This document shows positions 1-8,573 of a DNA stretch of 64,000 bases, piece by piece. A model generated the notes under the pieces. It was not told the origin of the DNA. It was given only the letters and a program-made list of their open reading frames with translations, and did not search any database. A program made the position numbers and the translations under genes. This DNA is from an uncultured delta proteobacterium (GTDB lineage: Bacteria > Myxococcota_A > Polyangia > Polyangiales > Polyangiaceae). The number at the start of each line of letters is the position of its first letter. The first letter of the stretch is position 1. The DNA is taken from assembly GCA_963696385.1 (NCBI GenBank), contig CAVOKF010000004.1:352001-416000 (forward strand). The letters run 5' to 3'.

Positions 1-150
1 GCCCATCGGATTGAGCGCCAAGTACTCGGCCTTCTGGTTGTCGCCCGCACGGAGGTCGACGAGAACCAATTCCACATCGACGTCGAGAAGCAACGCTGTC
101 ATGACAGTCTTGCGGGCATTGGCGGAAAACGGATGATGGTAAAGGTGCAC
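1..150 (-). CDS. Glutathione S-transferase family protein, N-terminal part (runs off window start)
   Basis: Manual translation from GTG at 150: MHLYHHPFSANARKTVMTALLLDVDVELVLVDLRAGDNQKAEYLALNPMG, a typical GST N-domain; not in the ORF track because it is truncated. Confidence 0.85.
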   Translation of the reverse strand, partial: MHLYHHPFSANARKTVMTALLLDVDVELVLVDLRAGDNQKAEYLALNPMG

Positions 151-454
151 GTCGGCCTTCGTGACCGAGGATATCTCTACCTCATGAGCGTGGGTCCGGG
201 TCGCCAAATGCTAGGTCGGTGCGGCAGGCCGCTTCGTCTCGCCATGGGACGGGGGCCCGATCTCGCGTTTCCGGTTGCCGGTTGCCGGCTGCCGCGCGGC
301 CCGGGGCCGTTCGGGCGTCCTTTTTTCGGCACGCGGGCGATCAAGGGATCTTGGTACAGTGCAGGTGATAGGTGTGCGTAAGTGACTGCGCAGGGCTCGC
401 CGAACAGGGGTCTGCGACGCTCTATCCCTTCGTGACCGACCAGGCGGCGCCCCG

Positions 455-1096
455 ATGTCGTTCGTCTCGTACTTCGTCCTCTCGCTCGGCTCGCTCTTCT
501 CCGTCGTCGACCCTTTCACGGCGGTTCCTATTTTCCTTGCGCTCGTCGGGACGCAGTTGCGTACGGTCAGGGTTGCGACGGCGATACGCGCCTCGGTCAC
601 GTGCTTCGTGGTCCTCACGGCCTTCGGTTTGGCCGGCAATGTCATCTTCGGCTTTTTCGGCATCACGTTGTCTGCCTTCAAGATCGCAGGCGGTATTCTT
701 CTCTTCGGCATCGGCTTCGACATGATGCGCGCCAAGCGCAGCGATACGCGGGCCACCGCGAAGGAGGCGACCGACGCCGAGGCGAGAGAGGACGTCGGTG
801 TCATCCCGCTGGGGGTCCCGCTGCTCGCCGGGCCGGGCGCCATCGCCACGGTCATGGTGCTCATCGGCAAAGCTCGCGAGGTCGGGGAGCGGGCCAGTCT
901 ATTCGTGGCCATCGCGGTCGTGAGCGCGGTGAGCCTCATCACCCTGCGATTGGCCGAATTCGTCGTACGGGCGCTCGGCAACACCGGGCTCAACATCGTA
1001 GGGCGGGTGATGGGGCTCATCCTCGCGGCGGTGGCTACGCAGTTCGTCATCGACGGGCTTTATGGCGCATTCCCCCGTGTGCTCGGTCGGGTGTGA
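455..1096 (+). CDS. MarC family integral membrane protein
   Basis: VVDPF, FKIAGGILL, IPLGVPLLAGPGAIATV, RVMGLILAAVATQF motifs; six hydrophobic segments. Confidence 0.92.
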   Translation: MSFVSYFVLSLGSLFSVVDPFTAVPIFLALVGTQLRTVRVATAIRASVTCFVVLTAFGLAGNVIFGFFGITLSAFKIAGGILLFGIGFDMMRAKRSDTRATAKEATDAEAREDVGVIPLGVPLLAGPGAIATVMVLIGKAREVGERASLFVAIAVVSAVSLITLRLAEFVVRALGNTGLNIVGRVMGLILAAVATQFVIDGLYGAFPRVLGRV

Positions 1097-1189
1097 CCGT
1101 GTGGCACGTTTCGGCGGGATCGCGGCTCGCGAGCCGGCCGGTATCGCTCGCAGCGGCCCGTGCCAAGTCCAGACGTCGCGCCCGCCACA

Positions 1190-1205
1190 CGGCACGTCAT
1201 TTGCA
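1190..1205 (+). promoter_or_regulatory. Putative sigma54 (-24/-12) promoter
   Basis: CGGCACGTCATTTGCA = GG-N10-GC with TTGCA -12 box, about 33 nt upstream of an ATG with an AGGAGG RBS. Confidence 0.7.
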
Positions 1206-1238
1206 CACACCATCCACGACCCAACAAGGAGGACCGCC

Positions 1239-1511
1239 ATGAGCCAAGCACGAAACGACCTGAAGGCTGAGTTCGACAAGAGTCTCGCGCAGCTGCAAAC
1301 GCTGCGCGATCAAGTGCGCGTCAAAATCCACCTCGCCGGGCTCGACGCGAAGGCCGAATGGACCAAGTTGCAGCCTCGGCTCGAGGCCGCCGAGAAGACG
1401 GCGGTCGAGGCCGCCGCGAAGGCCGCGGGAGACGTGAGCGCGGCCACGAAGTCCGCGGTCGACGACGCCGTGAAGGCCCTGAAGGAATTCCGCGCAAACT
1501 TCAAGGCATAG
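1239..1511 (+). CDS. Small helical/coiled-coil hypothetical protein (90 aa)
   Basis: AAGGAGG RBS then MSQARNDLKAEFDKSLAQLQTLRDQVRVKIHLAGLDAKAEW; Ala/Lys-rich amphipathic helices. Confidence 0.8.
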   Translation: MSQARNDLKAEFDKSLAQLQTLRDQVRVKIHLAGLDAKAEWTKLQPRLEAAEKTAVEAAAKAAGDVSAATKSAVDDAVKALKEFRANFKA

Positions 1512-1604
1512 GCACCGTTCGTTCGAAGGTCCGGGATCGATCGTCCACGAGCGGGGTTCGGTGACCCGAGTTGGGTAGCCTGCGCTCGCGGCCTTCGGTT
1601 CCGG

Positions 1605-4085
1605 TCACGCGGTCGAGCGAGGGGATTGCATCCTCGCCGCCCGCGCCTGCGCAACCCATTCGACGAACGCCGGCATGACCACGACGGCCGTCGAGAGGCA
1701 GGATATTTCGCCCAACACGGCGAGCAATCCAAAATAAAATAGCGCGCGGTTCTCTGCGAGGAGCAGCGACGAATACCCGATGACGGTCGTCATCGAGCAG
1801 AGCGTCACCGCCCCTCCCGTCGTGCGAACGGCGTCGGCCATCGAATGTCCCCTGTCGAGGGTCCAGCGGCTCGCTACGTTCACGGAATAATCGACGCCGA
1901 TCCCGAACGTAATCGGGAAAGCGATGAAGTTGGCAAAATTGACTTTGATGCGCAAAAGCATCATTGCTGCGGTCAACCAAAGGACGCCGAGCAAGAGGGA
2001 ACCGGCGACGAGCATCGTGGTTCGGCTTCTTCGCAACAGCGCGATGACGACGACGACGACACCGAAGAACGCCACCGCGCTTGCCAGCATGCCGTCGCGG
2101 CGAAGCGAATCCAAGATGTCCGCCGACAGCGCGAGCGATCCCGCGACGCGGGCCGCTCGACCCGGTACCGACGCTGCGGTCGCGCGCAGTCGAGACACGA
2201 AATCGATCAGCCGCGGTCCGAGCCACAGCGCCCGCCCCGGTCGCGGGTAAACCAGAACCGTTTTTCCGACCGTCCCGTCCCGCTCTCGAAGGCCCGCCAT
2301 GAGGGTGTCGGGCACGGTGTCAGCGCCGATCGGAGTCAAGGGGGCAGCCCCGAACCATCGCTCGACCAGCTTGCGCTGGTCGGCGGACAGCGAGGCGCGC
2401 ACTCGGGGCGTGAGGTCGTCCTGAATCTGCGCGGCCATCTCCATCTTCGGAGGTTGGCCGCCCGGGACGACATCATCGAGTGTCCGCACGCTCGCAACCA
2501 TCGAGTCGAGCGGAGGCTCCTTCTCCTGGGCCTTGAGCCGCCGGCCGATGGCCTCCGCCTGGGCGGCGTCGTCTGCGAGCACGACCGTGGGCGTGACGTA
2601 CGTGTTCAGCAGCGCGTCCATGCGTCGGCCCCAATAACCCTCGCCGGTCCGCCAGGTGTCCGCGCGCCGAAGCTTCGAAAAGTCCGTCTCGACCTGGTCG
2701 GGGCCGAACGAGCGCACCTCCCAAACCGACAGCGCGGCCAGAGCACACGCGGCTAGGACGACCGGCTTGCGGTTGCGGCAGGTCCACGCCGCGATCCCGT
2801 TCATGATCGCGCTCTGCTTCGGGGGGACGGGGCCCCGATCGACCCACGCGGCGAGCGGAGGCATCAGCAGAAACGCCAGAAGCCACGACAGCAGCATGCC
2901 GACGCCGCCAATGAATCCGAACTGTCGAAATCCCCGAAAATCCGTAAGCGCCAGCGACGCGTAGGACACGCCGGCGGCGAGCGCGGCCGAAAGGGTGCCG
3001 GTTCGAGACCCCCACACCGCCAAAACGAGCGACTCGCGAACGTCGATGCCGAGCCGGCGCGCTTCGGCATACCGAGCGAACAGGACAATCCCGAAGTTTA
3101 TCCCGTTACCGACGATAATCGAGCCGAGAAATGCGGTATTCGAGTTGAGCTCGTCGACTCGGAACGGCGGAAGCGAAGCCAATGCGAATGCGAAGACCGT
3201 GGCCAGGAGCAACGGAGGCAAGAGCACGAGGACGCTCTTCCACCATTGGTAGTAAAAGACGATGGCTCCGATGACGAAGAGGATGACCAGAATGCTCGAC
3301 AGCGAGAGATCCGTCACGAGCGCGCTCGTCTCCTCGACGTTGATCGCGATGTCGCCGGTAAAGCCGACGCGCATCCCGGGCGCGTAGGAGTCCGGATGCA
3401 AGGCCGAGAGATCGGCCTGGACTCGATCGAAGAGTGCCTTGCCCCGGCCCCCCGTGACGAATTCGCCCGCTTGAATGAGAATGAGAGCGCAGTGCTCGTC
3501 CTTGTTCGCGAAGTGGTCGCCGTCGAAGCGACGGGATCCGGCGAACCGCGCATCGTACTTGTGCTGGATGTCGTCCAAGCCGAGCGGCGGGGCAGGCTCG
3601 TCGTCGAGCAACGAGCCGGTCTCCTTCTCCGCCTCCCAATCGCGACGCGCTTCGATGCGATCCCGGATCGTGACCAGATCGGCCATATCCATGTAGAGCG
3701 GCGCGTGGTCCTCGATGAACTTTCGCTCGACCGCGTCTCCCGTCCGCACGGCCTTCACCAGATCGGGCGGGTAACGGCGCAGGCGGGCCGCGAGATCGTC
3801 GAGCATCCGCTCGGCCGGCTGGAGATTCTCGTCGCGAGCGAAGTCGACGACGACGCCGAGGTACTGAAGGCTCGGCAGTCGTTCGCGCAATTCGTCGATG
3901 GCGCGGACGCTGGGCGCGTTGCTCGGCAGCAGCTGTTCGAGCTCGCTCCGTAACCTCGAGTAAAGCTCGGCCGTGCGCCACGTCGCGGGCACGGCCAGCA
4001 CGAGCGCAGCGGCCCACAGCCAGGCGCCCCAGCGCAGAGTCCAAAGCGTGAAAGCGCGCGCTCCGGCGGTTGGCCGCCCGATCAC
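1605..4085 (-). CDS. MMPL/RND family lipid transporter
   Basis: Two repeats of periplasmic loop plus TM bundle; GNGINFGI and GIGVDYSV TM4/TM10-type motifs; GTG start overlaps the pgpA stop (GTGA). Confidence 0.88.
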   Translation of the reverse strand: MIGRPTAGARAFTLWTLRWGAWLWAAALVLAVPATWRTAELYSRLRSELEQLLPSNAPSVRAIDELRERLPSLQYLGVVVDFARDENLQPAERMLDDLAARLRRYPPDLVKAVRTGDAVERKFIEDHAPLYMDMADLVTIRDRIEARRDWEAEKETGSLLDDEPAPPLGLDDIQHKYDARFAGSRRFDGDHFANKDEHCALILIQAGEFVTGGRGKALFDRVQADLSALHPDSYAPGMRVGFTGDIAINVEETSALVTDLSLSSILVILFVIGAIVFYYQWWKSVLVLLPPLLLATVFAFALASLPPFRVDELNSNTAFLGSIIVGNGINFGIVLFARYAEARRLGIDVRESLVLAVWGSRTGTLSAALAAGVSYASLALTDFRGFRQFGFIGGVGMLLSWLLAFLLMPPLAAWVDRGPVPPKQSAIMNGIAAWTCRNRKPVVLAACALAALSVWEVRSFGPDQVETDFSKLRRADTWRTGEGYWGRRMDALLNTYVTPTVVLADDAAQAEAIGRRLKAQEKEPPLDSMVASVRTLDDVVPGGQPPKMEMAAQIQDDLTPRVRASLSADQRKLVERWFGAAPLTPIGADTVPDTLMAGLRERDGTVGKTVLVYPRPGRALWLGPRLIDFVSRLRATAASVPGRAARVAGSLALSADILDSLRRDGMLASAVAFFGVVVVVIALLRRSRTTMLVAGSLLLGVLWLTAAMMLLRIKVNFANFIAFPITFGIGVDYSVNVASRWTLDRGHSMADAVRTTGGAVTLCSMTTVIGYSSLLLAENRALFYFGLLAVLGEISCLSTAVVVMPAFVEWVAQARAARMQSPRSTA

Positions 4086-4552
4086 GGCAGCGCTCCGGCG
4101 GCACCCAGCACCGCAAGCACCATTGCGGCGACCGCACCCGCGGCCACGTCGTCCATCATCACGCCCCATCCGCCGGGCAGGCGCTCGAGCCATCGGATCG
4201 GGCCCGGTTTGGTCGCGTCGAGCAACCGGAACAGCAGAAAGCCAAGCCCCAGGGATCCCCATGACACGTGTTGCACCGGCACCATCGTCACGAGCATTCC
4301 CGCGACCTCGTCGATCACGATGACCTGGGGGTCTTTGACATTCAGCTCTCGAGCTACGACCGATGCCACCCAGACACCGACCAACGTCGCGGCCAGCGCC
4401 GCCGCCGCCACGCCGACGCGTCCGCCTCGAGCGGCGGCAAGGTACAGCGGAATGGCACCGATGGCTCCGGCGGTGCCGGGGGCCACGGGAGAGCAACCGC
4501 AGCCGAACCACGTGGACAGTACCCAGGCCAGCTTGCGGCCGCCGCCCCTCAT
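4082..4552 (-). CDS. pgpA: Phosphatidylglycerophosphatase A family lipid phosphatase
   Basis: APGTAG, KDPQVIVIDEVAG, FRLLDATKPGPI, GVMMDDVAAG; ATGA overlap with the upstream gene. Confidence 0.92.
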   Translation of the reverse strand: MRGGGRKLAWVLSTWFGCGCSPVAPGTAGAIGAIPLYLAAARGGRVGVAAAALAATLVGVWVASVVARELNVKDPQVIVIDEVAGMLVTMVPVQHVSWGSLGLGFLLFRLLDATKPGPIRWLERLPGGWGVMMDDVAAGAVAAMVLAVLGAAGALP

Positions 4553-5511
4553 GGCGAGCCGCCGCGCGCGCGCCTTTCTGGCGGAGCGGCGGCACGCGTC
4601 GCGAGGGTCGGGCGCAGGCGAATCACGCGCCCCGCGACGCCGACAATCACGACGCAGTAGGCGCTGCCTGCGACGACGTCCAACACCCAATGATGATCGA
4701 GCCAAACGGCGGAAAAGCACATCATGGCGTAGAAAAGAAGGCTCGCGATCCTCGTCGGGGCGCGGAAGACGGCCCAGCCTTCGAGCACGACGATCAAGGC
4801 ATAGGCAACGTGAAGGCTCGGCATGGCGCCGAAGACGTCGCTGGCCCGGCCGTACATGGCGTGGAAGTACGGCACCCCGATGAGCCCATCGACCCTCGCG
4901 AGATTGGGCCCCTCGCTGGCCTGCGCAAGCATGTCCACGTGGCAGCCATGCGAATGGTAATACCAGGGCGGCGCCGCAGGATAGAGATGGTAGGTGAGGA
5001 AGGCGGCGACGTTCAGCGCGAGAAAGCACCACCCGAAGCGCAGCATTCGCACGTAGTCGCGGAAATAGAGCCAAACGGCGAAGCCGATGCACACGAACAT
5101 GAACGTGGCGTACGGAACTGCGCAGAGGGCGTCGACGGCGGGGATCGATCGCGCTTGAAACCAGTCGTGCAGCGTCCCTTTCCGCCCACCGACGGTGACG
5201 CCGAAAAGTGCGATCTCGTGGGCGCGGAGGTCACACAGGTGGATGGTCTCGGGGGACAGCCCCACGTTCTCGACGACCTTCATCGTGGTGTAGAGCAGAC
5301 CCACCAGGGCGACCGGGTAGAGTCCGAGAAAGAGCCTCTTGGTCCTTGGCCCCGTCGCGAACAGCGCGGCAGCCGCGATGAGTACGGCGGCGTTCTCCCA
5401 ACGAAACGCGCCCGCCGCGGCTGCCCAGGCCCCGTGCACCGCGAACGGGAGCGGCGCGAGAATCGTCCAGCCGGGCCACAGGTCGCGAAGGTGACGCCAC
5501 AGACGCGCCAT
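4549..5511 (-). CDS. AUR1/inositol-phosphorylceramide-synthase-like PAP2 membrane enzyme
   Basis: YHLYPAAPPWY, FGAMPSLHVAY, WLDHHWVLDVVAG motifs characteristic of Aur1/IPC synthase-like PAP2 proteins. Confidence 0.82.
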   Translation of the reverse strand: MARLWRHLRDLWPGWTILAPLPFAVHGAWAAAAGAFRWENAAVLIAAAALFATGPRTKRLFLGLYPVALVGLLYTTMKVVENVGLSPETIHLCDLRAHEIALFGVTVGGRKGTLHDWFQARSIPAVDALCAVPYATFMFVCIGFAVWLYFRDYVRMLRFGWCFLALNVAAFLTYHLYPAAPPWYYHSHGCHVDMLAQASEGPNLARVDGLIGVPYFHAMYGRASDVFGAMPSLHVAYALIVVLEGWAVFRAPTRIASLLFYAMMCFSAVWLDHHWVLDVVAGSAYCVVIVGVAGRVIRLRPTLATRAAAPPERRARGGSP

Positions 5512-5670
5512 GTCCCGGCCTTGGCAGAACGCTAAGCTCCGCGCGGGTCGTGCGCGGAGCGGTGGGCCGCCGCAGTGCGAGTCGCCTTGCCCTGGGCAGC
5601 GTTCGAACGGCGTTCGCCCCCCACCGGCGCGCCCCGCGCGCCCCGGAGTCGGCGGGGCGGAGCAAGCGCC

Positions 5671-6984
5671 TTATTCATAGTACTCCGTGCCCAGATGGGT
5701 AATGATCTCTTCGCCCATCATCCAGCGCAGCGTATTTTTCAGCTTCGTCAGCTGAATGAAGAGATCGTGCTCGGGATAGAGACCCGGCGCGGTCATGGGG
5801 CTCTTGAAGTAGAACGACAGCCACTCCTGCGTCCCCTGAAAATCGGCGCGAGCCGCCAGGTCGAGCAGAATCGCCAGGTCGAGCACGACAGGCGCTGCGA
5901 GAATCGAATCGCGGCACAGGAAGTTGACCTTCATCTGCATCGGGTATCCAAGCCACCCGAACAGATCGATATTGTCCCAACCCTCTTTTGCGTCGCCGCG
6001 GGGCGGATAGTAGTCGATTCGAACTTTGTGTACGAAGTTGCCATACAGTTCGGGGTAGAGCTCCGGCTGCAGGATGTGCTCCAGGACACCGAGCTTCGAG
6101 ACTTCCTTGGCGCGAAAGCTGTCCGGATCGTCCAGGACCTCGCCATCGCGGTTGCCCAGGATGTTCGTGCTGTACCAGCCGTGAAGGCCCAGCATTCGCG
6201 CCTTGAAGCCCGGCGCCAGGATGGTCTTCATCAGGGTCTGACCCGTCTTGAAGTCCTTGCCGGCTATGGGTGTGTGAGTTTCCCGGGCGAGGTTCCACGC
6301 CGCCGCGAAATCCACGCAGAGATTGGGCGCGCCGTTCGCGAACGGCACGCGCTCCTTGAGACAAGCCCAGGCGTAGATCTGAGCGTTCGATATGCCCGGG
6401 TCGTTGAGCCGGAGCCCCTCCTCGAACGAGTTCACGGAGGCGTGCACGGGCCCGGCACTGAAGAACGCCTCCGTCGAGCCACACCAGACGGCGACGAGCC
6501 GCTCACAGCCTCGGTCACGCTTGAAGGTGCGAATGTCGTCTCGAACCTGCTCGACCATCTCGGCCTTCGACGTCGCGCTCTTCGTGTGCGTTCCGCTCAG
6601 GCGCTTGACGTACCCCGGATAGAAAACCCCCTTCATAGGGCGAATGCCCCGCAGTTCCTCCTTCACCTCATCCAGGTGATGGCGTTCGAGGACTTTGGCG
6701 TGCTCCGCGGCTTCGAAGGCATCGTCCGGGAAGATGTCCCAGCCGCCGAATTCGAGTTGGTCGAGCGTCGCCAACGGCGCAAAGTCCGCAATCCTGGGCG
6801 CGCGTCCCTCGGTGCGACGGCCGAGACGGATTGTGCCCATCTGCGTCAGCGAACCCACCGGCAGCGCTTTGCCGCGCCGAGCGAGCAGCGAGCCCGCGAT
6901 GGTCGTAGTAGCGACCGCGCCCATTCCGGGCAGCAGAACGCCGAGCTTACCGTCGGCGGGGCGAATGGATGTCGGCTTCTTCAT
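5671..6984 (-). CDS. ino1: myo-inositol-1-phosphate synthase
   Basis: PGMGAVATT Rossmann motif, WCGSTE, FANGAPN, GKDFKTGQT, NILGNRDG, CRDSILAAP, LSFYFKSP. Confidence 0.96.
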   Translation of the reverse strand: MKKPTSIRPADGKLGVLLPGMGAVATTTIAGSLLARRGKALPVGSLTQMGTIRLGRRTEGRAPRIADFAPLATLDQLEFGGWDIFPDDAFEAAEHAKVLERHHLDEVKEELRGIRPMKGVFYPGYVKRLSGTHTKSATSKAEMVEQVRDDIRTFKRDRGCERLVAVWCGSTEAFFSAGPVHASVNSFEEGLRLNDPGISNAQIYAWACLKERVPFANGAPNLCVDFAAAWNLARETHTPIAGKDFKTGQTLMKTILAPGFKARMLGLHGWYSTNILGNRDGEVLDDPDSFRAKEVSKLGVLEHILQPELYPELYGNFVHKVRIDYYPPRGDAKEGWDNIDLFGWLGYPMQMKVNFLCRDSILAAPVVLDLAILLDLAARADFQGTQEWLSFYFKSPMTAPGLYPEHDLFIQLTKLKNTLRWMMGEEIITHLGTEYYE

Positions 6985-7055
6985 CGTGTGGACCACGGGG
7001 TCTTCGAGTTCCGCCGCGGGCGGACCAGGCCGCCCGATGCGTGGCGCGAATGCCG

Positions 7056-7937
7056 CTAGGGTTCTCCGCCAATCCTGATGGGCCGGCCATCGTCGTTCCC
7101 CCACTCGTTCCACGAGCCGTCGTAAACTGCAACGTCCTCGCGCCCGAGCAGGCGAAGTGCGTTGAGCGGCACCGAGCAGGACACCCCGCCGTTGCAGTAA
7201 ACCACGACGTCTGCCGGGAGGTGCTCGACGTCGACGCCGGCTTCCGCGAAGACCCGGGCCAGGTCCTCGGCGGAACGGAATCGGCCCGTCGCCGGATCGA
7301 TGAGTCGAGCATAGTGCACGTTGAGGGCGCCCGGGATATGGCCTCCTCTGCCGGCCGCCGTCACCTGCCCGCTGTACTGTTCCGGAGCTCGCGCGTCAAT
7401 CAGCAGCACGTCCGGACTTCCGATGCGATTCATGACCTCGTCCGCGGTGCGGCGCAGAGCGCGGCGTGGCGACGGGGTGAAGCGAGCGGGCGGCCGTGCG
7501 ACCACGTCGCGCGACGTCGGCCGACCTTCGGCCACCCAAAGCGCCCACCCGCCATCGAGCACCCGTACCGCGTCGTGACCGTAATGGCGAAGGGCCCACG
7601 AGAGTCGGCCTGAAAACACCTGGTTATAGTCGTCGTACGCGACGACGAGAGCCTCGTCGCCGATTCCGAGCTGCCCCATCCTCGCCGCGAAACGGTCGGC
7701 TTTCGCGATCTGCACCGGGACGGGATCGCTCGTGTCGACGATGTCCTGGGTCCAATCGACGAAAATGGCGCCGGGCACGTGCGCCGCCAGATAATCGTCG
7801 CGTTTCGGCAGGTAGCGGGGCTTGCTTCCGGGTGGCAGGACTTGCCCGCGCACGTCGACCAAACAGAGCCAAGCCGCTCCAAGGTTGGCTTGCAACCAAT
7901 CGGTCGAGACGACCACGCTCGCTGCTGCACCGCTCAC
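7056..7937 (-). CDS. Tandem-rhodanese sulfurtransferase (SseA/MST-like)
   Basis: HVPGA, VLDGG, GHIPGA, active-site YCNGGVS, C-terminal YDGSWNEW. Confidence 0.93.
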   Translation of the reverse strand: MSGAAASVVVSTDWLQANLGAAWLCLVDVRGQVLPPGSKPRYLPKRDDYLAAHVPGAIFVDWTQDIVDTSDPVPVQIAKADRFAARMGQLGIGDEALVVAYDDYNQVFSGRLSWALRHYGHDAVRVLDGGWALWVAEGRPTSRDVVARPPARFTPSPRRALRRTADEVMNRIGSPDVLLIDARAPEQYSGQVTAAGRGGHIPGALNVHYARLIDPATGRFRSAEDLARVFAEAGVDVEHLPADVVVYCNGGVSCSVPLNALRLLGREDVAVYDGSWNEWGNDDGRPIRIGGEP

Positions 7938-8374
7938 GGGGCGTGCTTTTCGACCATCGCGCCGAGGCGTGGCACCGCGGATTCGACGTTCTTTTTCGCG
8001 CTTGCCCGGAGCTTGTCGTAGGTTCCTTTGACCAGCCCGCTCTTGCTTCGCTTTGCTCGTTCGTCCGTGATGCCGAGCAACGCGTCGGCGACGCGGGGAG
8101 TGTTCGCGGCGAAGTACTCGCGCACCCCCGTTCCGGCGCTCTTTGCTTCTTGGTAAATGGGGTCGAGCGCTTGCGAGAACTCGGGCAGCAAATCCGCCAC
8201 GACCTGTCGGACAAAGCCCGGTTTGACGCCTTGAATCGCCTTGTAGCCCGCTTTTATCGCGAGACCCGTCAGTCCACCCTTGTCGGCGACCTCAGCGTCG
8301 ATGAGCGCAACGCAGTCGTCGACGACGAGGATTTTCTTGGATTCCGAGGTCAGGGCTTCGACGAGGTTCGGCAT
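7934..8374 (-). CDS. Conserved hypothetical protein (DUF6918-like)
   Basis: VVDDCVALIDAEVADKGGLTGLAIKAGYK...VADALLGITD; stop overlaps the sulfurtransferase start (GTGA). Confidence 0.7.
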   Translation of the reverse strand: MPNLVEALTSESKKILVVDDCVALIDAEVADKGGLTGLAIKAGYKAIQGVKPGFVRQVVADLLPEFSQALDPIYQEAKSAGTGVREYFAANTPRVADALLGITDERAKRSKSGLVKGTYDKLRASAKKNVESAVPRLGAMVEKHAP

Positions 8375-8573
8375 CGGAGGGGGCTCTCTTTCCGACCGAG
8401 CGCTTAGCACAGCTGATGCTCCCGGGACGTGCTTGGTTCCGACAGCGCCGGTCCCGTCTCGGCAGGCCGACGCACCCGCCGGGCGGGCGGGCGCGTCGCC
8501 CGATCCTGCCGGTTTACGGTTGGGCGCGACAAAGTGCGGCCCGTTGCGGGCCGCCTGCTACGCTTCGTCGCGG

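Noticed and set aside
271..294. CCGGTTG x3 short tandem repeat
   Set aside because: Short, GC-rich and imperfect; no functional support
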